A DNA stretch of 64,000 nt. Origin: Eledone cirrhosa (lineage: Eukaryota). Below the pieces are notes generated by a model. The model saw only the letters and a list, made by a program, of their open reading frames with translations, searched no databases and had not been told where the DNA came from. The stretch covers positions 344,038,001 to 344,102,000 of the forward strand of contig OZ024740.1 in NCBI GenBank assembly GCA_964016885.1, given 5' to 3'. Position 1 is the stretch's first letter. Every line of letters begins with the position of its first letter. Shown here in pieces: positions 16,901 through 34,900 of the stretch. A program made the position numbers and the translations under genes.

Positions 16901-19900
16901 TCAATACCACCAACACCACCACAGTCAATACCACCAACACCACCACAGTCAATACCACCAACACCACCACAGTCAATACCACCAACACCACCACAGTCAA
17001 TACCACCAACACCACCACAGTCAATACCACCAACACCACCACCGTCAATACCACCAACACCACCACAGACAATACCACCAACACCACCACAGACAATACC
17101 ACCAACACCACCACAGACAATACCACCAACACCACCACATTCAATACCACCAACACCACTACAGTCAATACCACCAACACCACCACAGTCAATACCACCA
17201 ACACCACCACAGTCAATACCACCAACACCACCACAGACAATACCACCAACACTACCACAGTCAATACCACCAACACCACCACAGACAATACCACCAACAC
17301 CACCACCGTCAATACCACCAACACCACCACAGACAATACCACCAACACCACCACAGACAATACCATCAACACCACCACAGTCAATACCACCAACACCACC
17401 ACAGACAATACCACCAACACTACCACAGTCTATACCACCAACACTACCACAGTCAATACCACCAACACCACCACAGACAATAGCACCAACACCACCACAG
17501 ACAATACCACCAACACCACCACAGTCAATACCACCAACACTACCACAGTCAATACCACCAACACTACCACAGTCTATACCACCAACACTACCACAGTCAA
17601 TACCACCAACACTACCACAGTCAATACCACCAACACCACCACAGTCAATACCACCAACACCACCACAGTCAATACCACCAACACCACCACAGACAATACC
17701 ACCAACACCACCACAGACAATACCACCAACACCACCACAGTCAATACCACCAACACTACCACAGTCAATACCACCAACACTACCACAGTCTATACCACCA
17801 ACACTACCACAGTCAATACCACCAACACCAACACAGACAATACCACCAACACCACAACAGTCAATACCACCAACACCACCACAGACAATACCACCAACAC
17901 CACCACAGTCAATACAACCAACACTACCACAGTCAATACCACCAACACCACCACAGTCAATACCACCAACACCACCACAGTCAATACCACCAACACCACC
18001 ACAGACAATACCACCAACACCACCACAGTCAATACCACCAACACCACCACCGTCAATACCACCAACACCACCACAGTCAATACCACCAACACCACCACAG
18101 TCTATACCACCAACACCACCACAGACAATACCACCAACACCACCACAGTCAATACCGCCAACACCACCACAGTCAATACCACCAACACCACCACAGTCAA
18201 TACCACCAACACCACAACAGTCAATACCACCAACACCACCACAGACAATACCACCAACACCACCACTGGCAATACCTCCAACACCACCACAGTCAATACC
18301 ACCAACATCACCACAGTCAATACCACCAACACCACCACAGTCAATACCACCAACACCACCACAGTCAATACCACCAACACCACCACAGTCAATACCACCA
18401 ACATCACCACAGTCAATACCACCAACACCACCACAGTCAATACCACCAACACCACCACAGTCAATACCACCAACACCACCACAGACAATACCACCAACAC
18501 CACCACAGACAATACCACCAACACCACCACATTCAATACCACCAACACCACTACAGTCAATACCACCAACACCACCACAGACAATACCCCCAACACCACC
18601 ACAGTCAATACCACCAACACCACCACAGTCAATACCACCAACACCACCACAGTCAATACCACCAACACCACCACAGTCAATACCACCAACACCACCACAG
18701 TCAATACCACCAACACCACAACAGACAATACCACCAACACCACCACAGTTAATACCACCAACACCACCACAGTCAATACCACCAACACCACCACATTCAA
18801 TACCACCAACACCACTACAGTCAATACCACCAACACCACCACAGACAATACCCCCAACACCACCACAGTCAATACCACCAACACCACCACAGTCAATACC
18901 ACCAACACCACCACAGTCAATACCACCAACACCACCACAGTCAATACCACCAACACCACCACAGTCAATACCACCAACACCACCACAGTCAATACCACCA
19001 ACACCACCACAGTCAATACCACCAACACCACCACAGTCAATACCACCAACACCACCACAGTCAATACCACCAACACCACCACAGTCAATACCACCAACAC
19101 CACCACAGTCAATACCACCAACACCACCACAGTCAATACCACCAACACCACCACAGACAATACCACAAACACCACCACAGACAATACCACCAACACCACC
19201 ACAGTCTATACCACCAACACTACCACAGACAATACCACCAACACCACCCCAGTCAATACAACCAACACCACCACAGTCAATACCACCAACACCACCACAG
19301 TCAATACCACCAACACCACCACAGTCAATACCACCAACACCACCACAGTCAATACCACCAACACCACCACAGTCAATACCACCAACACCACCAGAGTCAA
19401 TACCACCAACACCACCACAGTCAATACACCCAACACCACCACAGTCAATACCACCAACACCACCACAGTCAATACCACCAACACCATCATAGACAATACC
19501 ACCAACACCACCACAGTCAATACCACCAACACCACCACAGTCAATACCACCAACACCACCACAGTCAATACCACCAACACCACCACAGACAATACCACCA
19601 ACACCACCACAGACAATACCACCAACACCACCACAGACAATACCACCAACACCACCACAGTCTATACCACCAACACTACCACAGACCATACCACCAACAC
19701 CACCCCAGTCAATACAACCAACACCACCACAGTCAATACCACCAACACCACCACAGTCAATACCACCAACACCACCACAGTCAATACCACCAACACCACC
19801 ACAGACAATACCACCAACACCACCACAGTCAATACCACCAACACCACCACAGACAATACCCCCAACACCACCACAGTCAATACCACCAACACCACTACAG

Positions 19901-22900
19901 TCAATACCACCAACACCACCACAGTCAATACCACCAACACCACCACAGTCTATACCACCAACACCACCACAGTCAATACCACCAACACCACCAGAGTCAA
20001 TACCACCAACACCACCACAGTCAATACCACCAACACCACCACAGTCAATACCACCAACACCACCAGAGTCAATACCACCAACACCACCACAGTCAATACC
20101 ACCAACACCACCAGAGTCAATACCACCAACACCACCACAGTCAATACCACCAACACCACCACAGTCAATACCACCAAGACCACCACAGTCAATACCACCA
20201 ACACCACCACAGTCAATACCACCAACGCCACCACAGTCAATACCACCAACACCACCACAGTCAATACCACCAACACCGCAACAGACAATACCACCAACAC
20301 CACCACAGTCAATACCACCAACACCACCAGAGTCAATTCCACCAACACCACCACAGTCAATACCACCAACACCACCACAGTCAATACCACCAACACCACC
20401 ACAGTCAATACCACCAACACCACCACAGTCAATACCACCAACACTACCACAGTCAATACCACCAACACTACCACAGACAATACCACCAACACCACCACAG
20501 TCCATACCACCAACACCACCACAGTCAATACCACCAACACCACCACAGTCCATACCACCAACACCACCACAGTCAATACCACCAACACCACCACAGTCAA
20601 TACCACCAACACCACCACAGTCAATACCACCAACACCACCACAGTGAACACCACAAACACCACCACAGACAATACCACCAACACCACCACAGTCAATACC
20701 ACCAACACCACCACAGACAATACCACCAACACCACCACAGTCAATACCACCAACACCACCACAGTCAATACCACCAACACCACCACAGTCAATACCACCA
20801 ACACCACCACAGACAATACCACCAACACCACCACAGTCAATACCACCAACACCACCACAGACAATACCACCAACACCACCACAGACAATACCACCAACAC
20901 CACCACAGTCAATACCACCAACACCACCACAGACAATACCACCAACACCACCACAGTCAATACCACCAACACCACCACAGTCAATACCACCAACACCACC
21001 ACAGTAAACACCACAAACACCACCACAGACAATACCACCAACAGCACCACAGTCAATACTACCAACACCACCACAGACAATACCACCAACACCACCACAG
21101 TCAATACCACCAACACCACCACAGTCAATACCACCAACACCACCACAGTCAATACCACCAACACCACCACAGTCTATACCACCAACACTACCACAGACAA
21201 TACCACCAACACCACCCCAGTCAATACCACCAACACCACCACAGTCAATACCACCAACACCACCACAGTCAATACCACCAACACCACCACAGTCAAAACC
21301 ACCAACACCACCACAGTCCATACCACCAACACCACCACAGTCAATACCACCAACACCACCACAGTCAATACCACCAACACCACCACAGTCAATACCACCA
21401 ACACCACCACAGTCAATACCACCAACACCACCACAGTCAATACCACCAACACCACAACAGTTAATACCACCAACACCACCACAGTCAATACCATCAACAC
21501 CACCACAGTCAATACCACCAACACCACCACAGTCAATACCACCAACACCACCACAGTCAATACCACCAACACCACCCCAGTCAATACCACCAACACCACC
21601 ACAGACAATACCACCAACACCACCACAGACAATACCACCAACACCACCACAGTCAATACCACCAACACCACCACAGTGAATACCACCAACACCACCACAG
21701 TCAATACCACCAACACCACCACAGACAATACCACCAACACCACCACAAACAATACCACCAACACCACCACAGTCAATACCACCAACACCACCACAGTCAA
21801 TACCACCAACACCACCACAGTCAATACCACCAACACCACCACAGTCAATACCACCAAAAACACCACAGTTAATACCACCAACACCACCACAGTCTATACC
21901 ACCAACACTACCACAGACAATACCACCAACACCACCCCAGTCAATACCACCAACACCACCACAGTCAATACCACCAACACCACCACAGTCAATACCACCA
22001 ACACCACCACAGTCAAAACCACCAACACCACCACAGTCAATACCACCAACACCACCACAGTGAACACCACAAACACCACCACAGACAATACCACCAACAC
22101 CACCACAGTCAATACCACCAACACCACCACAGTCAATACCACCAACACCACCACAGTCAATACCACCAACACCACCACAGTGAACACCACAAACACCACC
22201 ACAGACAATACCACCAACACCACCACAGTCAATACCACCAACACCACCACAGTCAATACCACCAACACCACCACAGACAATACCACCAACACCACCACAG
22301 TCAATACCACCAACACCACCACAGACAATACCACCAACACTACCACAGACAATACCACCAACACCACCCCAGTCAATACCACCAACACCACCACAGTCAA
22401 TACCACCAACACCACCACAGACAATACCACCAACACCACCACAGTCTATACCACCAACACTACCACAGTCAATACCACCAACACCACCACAGTCAATACC
22501 ACCAACACCACCACAGTCAATACCACCAACACCACCACAGTCAATACCACCAACACCACCACAGACAAAACCACAAACACCACCACAGTCAATACCACCA
22601 ACACCACCACAGTCAATACCACCAACACCACCACAGTCAATACCACCAACACCACCACAGTCAATACCACCAACACCACCACAGACAATACCACCAACAC
22701 CACCACAGTCTATACCACCAACACCACCACAGTCAATACCACCAACACCACCACAGTCTATACCACCAACACTACCACAGTCAATACCACCAACACCACC
22801 ACAGTCAATACCACCAACACCACCACAGTCAATACCACCAACACCACCACAGTCAATACCACCAACACCACCACAGACAAAACCACAAACACCACCACAG

Positions 22901-25900
22901 TCAATACCACCAACACCACCACAGTCAATACCACCAACACCACCACAGACAATACCACCAACACCACCACAGACAAAACCACCAACACCACCACAGTCAA
23001 TACCACCAACACCACCACAGTCAATACCACCAACACCACCACAGTCAATACCACCAACACCACCACAGTCAATACCACCAACACCACCACAGTCAATACC
23101 ACCAACACCACCACAGACAATACCACCAACACCACCACAGACAATACCACCAACACCACCACAGACAATACCACCAACACCACCACAGTCAATACCACCA
23201 ACACCACCACAGTCAATACCACCAACACCACCACAGTCAATACCACCAACACCACCACAGTCAATACCACCAACACCACCACAGTCAATACCACCAACAC
23301 CACCACAGACAATACCACCAACACCACCACAGTCAATACCACCAACACCACCACAGTCAATACCACCAACACCACCACAGTCAATACCACCAACACCACC
23401 ACAGACAATACCACCAACACCACCACAGTCAATACCACCAACACCACCACAGTCAATACCACCAACACCACCACAGACAATACCACCAACACCACCACAG
23501 ACAATACCACCAACACCACCACAGAAAATACCACCAACACCACCACAGTCAATACCACCAACACCACCACAGTCAATACCACCAACACCACCACAGTCAA
23601 TACCACCAACACCACCACAGTCAATACCACCAACACCACCACAGACAATACCACCAACACCACCACAGTCAATACCACCAACACCACCACAGACAATACC
23701 ACCAACACCACCACCGTCAATACCACCAACACCACCACAGTCAATACCACCAACACCACCACAGTCCATACCACCAACACCACCACAGTCAATACCACCA
23801 ACACCACCACAGTCAATACCACCAACACCACCACAGTCAATACCACCAACACCACCACAGTCAATACCACCAACACCACCACAGTCAATACCACCAACAC
23901 CACAACAGTTAATACCACCAACAACACCACAGTCAATACCATCAACACCACCACAGTCAATACCACCAACACCACCACAGTCAATACCACCAACACCACC
24001 ACAGTCAATACCACCAACACCACCCCAGTCAATACCACCAACACCACCACAGACAATACCACCAACACCACCACAGACAATACCACCAACACCACCACAG
24101 TCAATACCACCAACACCACCACAGTGAATACCACCAACACCACCACAGTCAATACCACCAACACCACCACAGACAATACCACCAACACCACCACAAACAA
24201 TACCACCAACACCACCACAGTCAATACCACCAACACCACCACAGTCAATACCACCAACACCACCACAGTCAATACCACCAACACCACCACAGTCAATACC
24301 ACCAAAAACACCACAGTTAATACCACCAACACCACCACAGTCTATACCACCAACACCACCACAGTCAATACCACCAACACCACCACAGTCAATACCACCA
24401 ACACCACCACAGACAATACCACCAACACCACCACAGTCAATACCACCAACACCACCACAGTCAATACCACCAACACCACCACAGTCAATACCACCAACAC
24501 CACCACAGACAATACCACCAACACCACCACAGTCAATACCACCAACACCACCACAGTCAATACCACCAACACCACCACAGACAATACCACCAACACCACC
24601 CCAGTCAATACCACCAACACCACCACAGTCAATACCACCAACACCACCACAGTCAATACCACCAACACCACCACAGTCAAAACCACCAACACCACCACAG
24701 TCAATACCACCAACACCACCACAAACACCACCACAGACAATACCACCAACACCACCACAGTCAATACCACCAACACCACCACAGTCAATACCACCAACAC
24801 CACCACAGTCAATACCACCAACACCACCACAGTGAACACCACAAACACCACCACAGACAATACCACCAACACCACCACAGTCAATACCACCAACACCACC
24901 ACAGTCAATACCACCAACACCACCACAGACAATACCACCAACACCACCACAGTCAATACCACCAACACCACCACAGACAATACCACCAACACTACCACAG
25001 ACAATACCACCAACACCACCCCAGTCAATACCACCAACACCACCACAGTCAATACCACCAACACCACCACAGACAATACCACCAACACCACCACAGTCTA
25101 TACTACCAACACTACCACAGTCAATACCACCAACACCACCACAGTCAATACCACCAACACCACCACAGTCAATACCACCAACACCACCACAGACAATACC
25201 ACCAACACCACCACAGTCAATACCACCAACACCACCACAGACAATACCACCAACACCACCACAGTCTATACCACCAACACTACCACAGTCAACACCACCA
25301 CAGTCAATACCACCAACACCACCACAGTCAATACCACCAACACCACCACAGTCAATACCACCAACTCCACCACAGTCAATACCACCAACACCACCACAGT
25401 CAATACCACCAACACCACCACAGACAATACCACCAACACCACCACAGTCTATACCACCAACACCACCACAGTCAATACCACCAACACCACCACAGTCTAT
25501 ACCACCAACACTACCACAGTCAATACCACCAACACCACCACAGTCAATACCACCAACACCACCACAGTCAATACCACCAACACCACCACAGACAATACCA
25601 CCAACACCACCACAGACAAAACCACAAACACCACCACAGTCAATACCACCAACACCACCACAGTCAATACCACCAACACCACCACAGACAATACCACCAA
25701 CACCACCACAGACAAAACCACCAACACCACCACAGTCAATACCACCAACACCACCACAGTCAATACCACCAACACCACCACAGTCAATACCACCAACACC
25801 ACCACAGTCAATACCACCAACACCACCACAGTCAATACCACCAACACCACCACAGACAATACCACCAACACCACCACAGACAATACCACCAACACCACCA

Positions 25901-28900
25901 CAGACAATACCACCAACACCACCACAGTCAATACCACCAACACCACCACAGTCAATACCACCAACACCACCACAGTCAATACCACCAACACCACCACAGT
26001 CAATACCACCAACACCACCACAGTCAATACCACCAACACCACCACAGACAATACCACCAACACCACCACAGTCAATACCACCAACACCACCACAGTCAAT
26101 ACCACCAACACCACCACAGTCAATACCACCAACACCACCACAGACAATACCACCAACACCACCACAGTCAATACCACCAACACCACCACAGTCAATACCA
26201 CCAACACCACCACAGACAATACCACCAACACCACCACAGACAATACCACCAACACCACCACAGACAATACCACCAACACCACCACAGTCAATACCACCAA
26301 CACCACCACAGTCAATACCACCAACACTACCACAGACAATACCACCAACACCACCACAGTCAATACCACCAACACCACCACAGTCAATACCACCAACACC
26401 ACCACAGTCAATACCACCAACACCACCACAGTCAATACCACCAACACCACCACAGTCAATACCACCAACACCACCACAGTCAATACCACCAACACCACCA
26501 CAGACAATACCACCAACACCACCACAGTCAATACCACCAACACCACCACAGACAATACCACCAACACCACCACCGTCAATACCACCAACACCACCACAGT
26601 CAATACCACCAACACCACCACAGTCAAAACCACCAACACCACCACTGTCAATACCACCAACACCACCACAGTCAATACCACCAACACCACCACAGTCAAT
26701 ACCACCAACACCACCACAGTCAATACCCCCAACACCACCACAGTCAATACCACCAACACCACCACAGTCAAAACCACCAACACCACCACAGTCAATACCA
26801 CCAACACCACCACAGACAATACCACCAACACCACCACAGTCTATACCACCAACACTACCACAGACAATACCACCAACACCACCACAGTCAATACCACCAA
26901 CACCACCACAGTCAAAACCACCAACACCACCACAGTCAATACCACCAACACCACCACAGTCAATACCACCAACACCACCACAGACAATACCACCAACACC
27001 ACCACAGTCAATACCACCAACACCACCACAGTCAATACCACCAACACCACCACAGTCTATACCACCAACACTACCACAGACAATACCACCAACACCACCA
27101 CAGTCAATACCACCAACACCACCACAGTCAATACCAACAACAACACCACAGTCAATACCACCAACACCACCACAGTCAATACCACCAACACCACCACAGT
27201 CAATACCACCAACACTACCACAGTCAATACCACCAACACCACCACAGTCAATACCACCAACACCACCACAGACAATACCACCAACACCACCACAGTCAAT
27301 ACCACCAACACCACCACAGTCAATACCACCAACACCACCACAGACAATACCACAGACAATACCACCAACACCACCACAGACAATACCACCAACACCACCA
27401 CAGTCAATACCACCAACACCACCACAGTCAATACCAACAACAACACCACAGTCAATACCACCAACACCACCACAGTCAATACAACCAACACCACCACAGT
27501 CAATACCACCAATACCACCACAGTCAATACCACCAACACCACCACAGTCAATACCACCAACACCACCACAGTCAATACCACCAACACCACCACAGTCAAT
27601 ACCACCAACACCACCACAGTCAATACCACCAACACCACCACAGACAATACCACCAACACCACCACAGTCAATACCACCAACACCACCACAGACAATACCA
27701 CCAACACCACCACAGTCAATACCACCAACACCACCACAGTCAATACCACCAACACCACCACAGTCCATACCACCAACACTACCACAGTCAATACCACCAA
27801 CACTACCACAGTCAATACCACCAACACGACCACAGTCAATACAACCAACACCACCACAGTCAATACCACCAACACCACCACAGTCAATACCACCAACACC
27901 ACCACAGTCAATACCACCAACACCACCACAGTCAATACCACCAACACCACCACAGTCAATACCACCAACACCACCACAGTCAATACCACCAACACCACCA
28001 CAGTCAATACCACCAACACTACCACAGTCAATACCACCAACACCACCACAGTCAATACCAGCAACACCACCACAGACAATACCACAGACAATACCACCAA
28101 CACCACCACAGGCAATACCACAGTCAATACCACCAACACCACCACAGTCAATACCACCAACACCACCACAGTCAATACCACCAACACCACCACAGACAAT
28201 ACCACAGACAATACCACCAACACCACCACAGACAATACCACAGTCAATACCACCAACACCACCACAGTCAATACCACCAACACCACCACAGACAATACCA
28301 CCAACACCACCACAGTCTATACCACCAACACCACCACAGTCAATACCACCAACACTACCACAGTCAATACCACCAACACCACCACAGTCAATACCACCAA
28401 CACCACCACAGACAATACCACAGACAATACCACCAACACCACCACAGACAATACCACAGTCAATACCACCAACACCACCACAGTCAATACCACCAACACC
28501 ACCACAGTCAATACCACCAACACTACCACAGTCAATACCACCAACACCACCACAGTCAATACCACCAACACCACCACAGACAATACCACAGACAATACCA
28601 CCAACACCACCACAGACAATACCACAGTCAATACCACCAACACCACCACAGTCAATACCACCAACACCACCACAGTCAATACCACCAACACTACCACAGT
28701 CAATACCACCAACACCACCACAGACAATACCACCAACACCACCACAGTCTATACCACCAACACCACCACAGTCAATACCACCAACACCACCACAGTCAAT
28801 ACCACCAACACTACCACAGTCAATACCACCAACACCACCACAGTCAATACCACCAACACCACCACAGACAATACCACAGACAATACCACCAACACCACCA

Positions 28901-31900
28901 CAGACAATACCACAGTCAATACCACCAACACCACCACAGTCAATACCACCAACACTACCACAGTCAATACCACCAACACCACCACAGTCAATACCACCAA
29001 CACCACCACAGACAATACCACAGACAATACCACCAACACCACCACAGACAATACCACAGTCAATACCACCAACACCACCACAGTCAATACCACCAACTCC
29101 ACCACAGACAATACCACCAACACCACCACAGTCTATACCACCAACACCACCACAGTCAATACCACCAACACCACCACAGTCAATACCACCAACACCACCA
29201 CAGTCAATACCACCAACACCACCACAGTCAATACCACCAACACTACCACAGTCAATACCACCAACACCACCACAGTCAATACCACCAACACCACCACAGT
29301 CAATACCACCAACACCACCACAGTCTATACCACCAACACCACCACAGTCAATACCACCAACACCACCACAGTCAATACCACCAACACCACCACAGACAAT
29401 ACCACCAACACCACCACAGTCTATACCACCAACACCACCACAGTCAATACCACCAACACCACCACAGTCAATACCACCAACACCACCACAGTCAATACCA
29501 CCAACACCACCACAGTCAATACCACCAACACCACCACAGTCAATACCACCAACACCACCACAGTCAATACCACCAACACCACCACAGTCAATACCACCAA
29601 CACCACAACAGTCAATACCACAGACAATACCACCAACACCACCACAGTCAATACCACCAACACCACCACAGTCAATACCACCAACACCGCCACAGACAAT
29701 ACCACAGACAATACCACCAACACCACCACAGACAATACCACAGTCAATACCACCAACACCACCACAGACAATACCACAGTCAATACCACCAACACCACCA
29801 CAGTCAATACCACCAACACCACCACAGTCAATACCACCAACACCACCACAGACAATACCACCAACACCACCACAGTCAATACCACCAACACCACCACAGT
29901 CAATACCACCAACACCACCACAGTCTATACCACCAACACCACCACAGTCAATACCACCAACACCACCACAGTCAATACCACCAACACCACCACAGACAAT
30001 ACCACCAACACCACCACAGTCTATACCACCAACACCACCACAGTCAATACCACCAACACCACCACAGTCAATACCACCAACACTACCACAGTCAATACCA
30101 CCAACACCACCACAGTCAATACCACCAACACCACCACAGACAATACCACAGACAATACCACCAACACCACCACAGACAATACCACAGTCAATACCACCAA
30201 CACCACCACAGTCAATACCACCAACACCACCACAGACAATACCAACAACACCACCACAGTCTATACCACCAACACCACCACAGTCAATACCACCAACACC
30301 ACCACAGTCAATACCACCAACACCACCACAGTCAATACCACCAACACCACCACAGTCAATACCACCAACACTACCACAGTCAATACCACCAACACCACCA
30401 CAGTCAATACCACCAACACCACCACAGTCAATACCACCAACACCACCACAGTCTATACCACCAACACCACCACAGTCAATACCACCAACACCACCACAGT
30501 CAATACCACCAACACCACCACAGACAATACCACCAACACCACCACAGTCTATACCACCAACACCACCACAGTCAATACCACCAACACCACCACAGTCAAT
30601 ACCACCAACACCACCACAGTCAATACCACCAACACCACCACAGTCAATACCACCAACACCACCACAGTCAATACCACCAACACCACCACAGTCAATACCA
30701 CCAACACCACAACAGTCAATACCACAGACAATACCACCAACACCACCACAGTCAATACCACCAACACCACCACAGTCAATACCACGAACACCACCACAGA
30801 CAATACCACAGACAATACCACCAACACCACCACAGACAATACCACAGTCAATACCACCAACACCACCACAGACAATACCACAGTCAATACCACCAACACC
30901 ACCACAGTCAATACCACCAACACCACCACAGTCAATACCACCAACACCACCACAGTCAATACCACCAACACCACCACAGTCAATACCACCAACACCACCA
31001 CAGTCTATACCACCAACACCACCACAGTCAATACCACCAACACCACCACAGTCAATACCACCAACACCACCACAGACAATACCACCAACACCACCACAGT
31101 CTATACCACCAACACCACCACAGTCAATACCACCAACACCACCACAGTCAATACCACCAACACCACCACAGTCAATACCACAAACACCACCACAGTCAAT
31201 ACCACCAACACCACCACAGACAATACCACCAACACCACCACAGTCTATACCACCAACACCACCACAGTCAATACCACCAACACCACCACAGTCAATACCA
31301 CCAACACCACCACAGTCAATACCACCAACACCACCACAGTCAATACCACCAACACCACCACAGACAATACCACAGACAATACCACCAACACCACCACAGA
31401 CAATACCACAGTCAATACCACCAACACCACCACAGTCAATACCACCAACACCACCACAGTCAATACCACCAACACCACCAGAGTCAATACCACCAACACC
31501 ACCACAGTCAATACCACCAACACCACCACAGTCAATACCACCAACACCACCACAGACAATACCACAGTCAATACCACCAACACCACCACAGACAATACCA
31601 CCAACACCACCACAGTCTATACCACCAACACCACCACAGACAATACCACCAACACCACCACAGTCAATACCACCAACACCACCACAGTCAATACCACCAA
31701 CACCACCACAGTCAATACCACCAACACCACCACAGTCAATACCACCAACACCACCAGAGTCAATACCACCAACACCACCACAGTCAATACCACCAACACC
31801 ACCACAGACAATACCACAGTCAATACCACCAACACCACCACAGACAATACCACAGTCAATACCACCAACACCACCACAGTCAATACCACCAACACCACCA

Positions 31901-34900
31901 CAGACAATACCACCAACACCACCACAGTCTATACCACCAACACCACCACAGTCAATACCACCAACACCACCACAGTCAATACCACCAACACCACCACAGT
32001 CAATACACCCAACACCACCACAGTCAATACCACCAACACCACCACGGTCAATACCACCAACACCACCACAGTCAATACCACCAACACCACCAGAGTCAAT
32101 ACCACCAACACCACCACAGTCAATACCACCAACACCACCACAGTCAATACCACCAACACCACCACAGTCAATACCACCAACACCACCACAGTCAATACCA
32201 CCAACACCACCACAGTCAATACCACCAACACCACCACAGTCAATACCACCAACACCACCACAGTCAATACCACCAACACCACCACAGTCAATACAACCAA
32301 CACCACCACAGTCAATACCACCAACACCACCACAGACAATACCACCAACACCACCACAGTCAATACACCCAACACCACCACAGTCAATACCACCAACACC
32401 ACCACAGTCAATACCACCAACACCACCACAGTCAATACCACCAACACCACCACAGTCAATACCACCAACACCACCACAGTCAATACAACCAACACCACCA
32501 CAGTCAATACCACCAACACCACCACAGTCAATACCACCAACACCACCACAGTCAATACACCCAACACCACCACAGTCAATACCACCAACACCACCACAGA
32601 CAATACCACCAACACCACCACAGTCAATACACCCAACACCACCACAGTCAATACCACCAACACCACCACAGTCAATACCACCAACACCACCACAGTCAAT
32701 ACCACCAACACCACCACAGTCAATACCACCAACACCACCACAGTCAATACCACCAACACCACAACAGACAATACCACCAACACCACCACAGTCAATACAC
32801 CCAACACCACCACAGTCAATACCACCAACACCACCACAGTCAATACCACCAACACCACCACAGTCAATACCACCAACACCACCACAGTCAATACCACCAA
32901 CACCACCACAGTCAATACCACCAACACCACCACAGTCAATACCACCAACACCACCACAGACAATACCACCAACACCACCAGAGACAATACCACCAACACC
33001 ACCACAGTCAATACCACCAACACCACCACAGTCAATACCACCAACACCACCACAGACAATACCACCAACACCACCACAGTCAATACCACCAACACCACCC
33101 CAGTCAATACAACCAACACCACAACAGACAATACCACCAACACCACCACAGTCAATACACCCAACACCACCACAGACAATACCACCAACACCACCACAGA
33201 CAATACCACCAACACCACCACAGTCAATAACACCAACACCACCACAGTCAATACCACCAACACCACCACAGTCAATACCACCAACACCACAACAGTCAAT
33301 ACCACCAACACCACCACAGTCAATACACCCAACACCACCACAGTCAATACCACCAACACCACCACAGTCAATACCACCAACACCACCACAGTCAATACCA
33401 CCAACACCACCACAGTCAATACACCCAACACCACCACAGTCAATACCACCAACACCACCACAGTCAATACCACCAACACCACCACAGTCAATACCACCAA
33501 CACCACCACAGTCAATACACCCAACACCACCACAGTCAATACCACCAACACCACCACAGTCAATACGACCAACACCACCACAGTCAATACCACCAACACC
33601 ACCACAGACAATACAACCAACACCACTACAGTCAATACCACCAACACCACCACAGTCAATACCACCAACACCACCACAGTACATACCACCAACACCACCA
33701 CAGACAATACCACCAACACCACCACAGTCAATACCACCAACACCACCACAGACAATACCACCAACACCACCACAGTCAATACACCCAACACCACCACAGT
33801 CAATACCACCAACACCACCAGAGTCAATACCACCAACACCACCACAGTCAATACCACCAACACCACCAACACCACCACAGTCAATACCACCAACACCACT
33901 ACAGTCAATACCACCAACACCACCACAGTCAATACACCCAACACCACCACAGTCAATACCACCAACACCACCAGAGTCAATACCACCAACACCACCACAG
34001 TCAATACCACCAACACCACCAACACCACCACAGTCAATACCACCAACACCACTACAGACAATACCACCAACACCACCACAGTCAATACCACCAACACCAC
34101 CACAGACAATACCACCAACACCACCACAGTCAATACACCCAACACCACCACAGTCAATACCACCAACACCACCAGAGTCAATACCACCAACACCATCACA
34201 GTCAATACCACCAACACCACCAACACCACCACAGTCAATACCAGCAACACCACCACAGTCAATACCACCAACACCACCACAGTCAATACCACCAACACCA
34301 CCACAGTCAATACCACCAACACCACTACAGTCAATACCACCAACACCACCACAGTCAATACCACCAACACCACCACAGTCAATACCACCAACACCACCAG
34401 AGTCAATACCACCAACACCACCACAGTCTATACCACCAACACCACTACAGTCAATACCACCAACACTACCACAGTCAATACCACCAACACCACCACAGTC
34501 AATACCACCAACACCACCACAGTCAATACCACCAACACCACCACAGACAATACCACCAACACCACCACGGTCAATACCACCAACAACACCACAGTCAATA
34601 CCACCAACACCACCACAGTCAATACACCCAACACCACCACAGTCAATACCACCAACACCACCACAGTCAATACCACCAACACCACCACAGTCAATACCAC
34701 CAACACCACCACAGACAATACCACCAACACCACCACAGTCAATACCACCAACACTACCACAGTCAATACCACCAACACCACCACAGTCAATACACCCAAC
34801 ACCACCGCAGTCAATACCACCAACACCACCCCAGTCAATACCACCAACACCACCACAGTCAATACCACCAACACCACCACAGTCAATACCACCAACACCA

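Noticed and set aside
11983-33684. 7233-aa (CGGVGGID)n ORF and the many (VVVLVVLT)n ORFs on the minus strand
   Set aside because: They are translations of the minisatellite with no unique domain; starts and stops coincide with sporadic unit variants.
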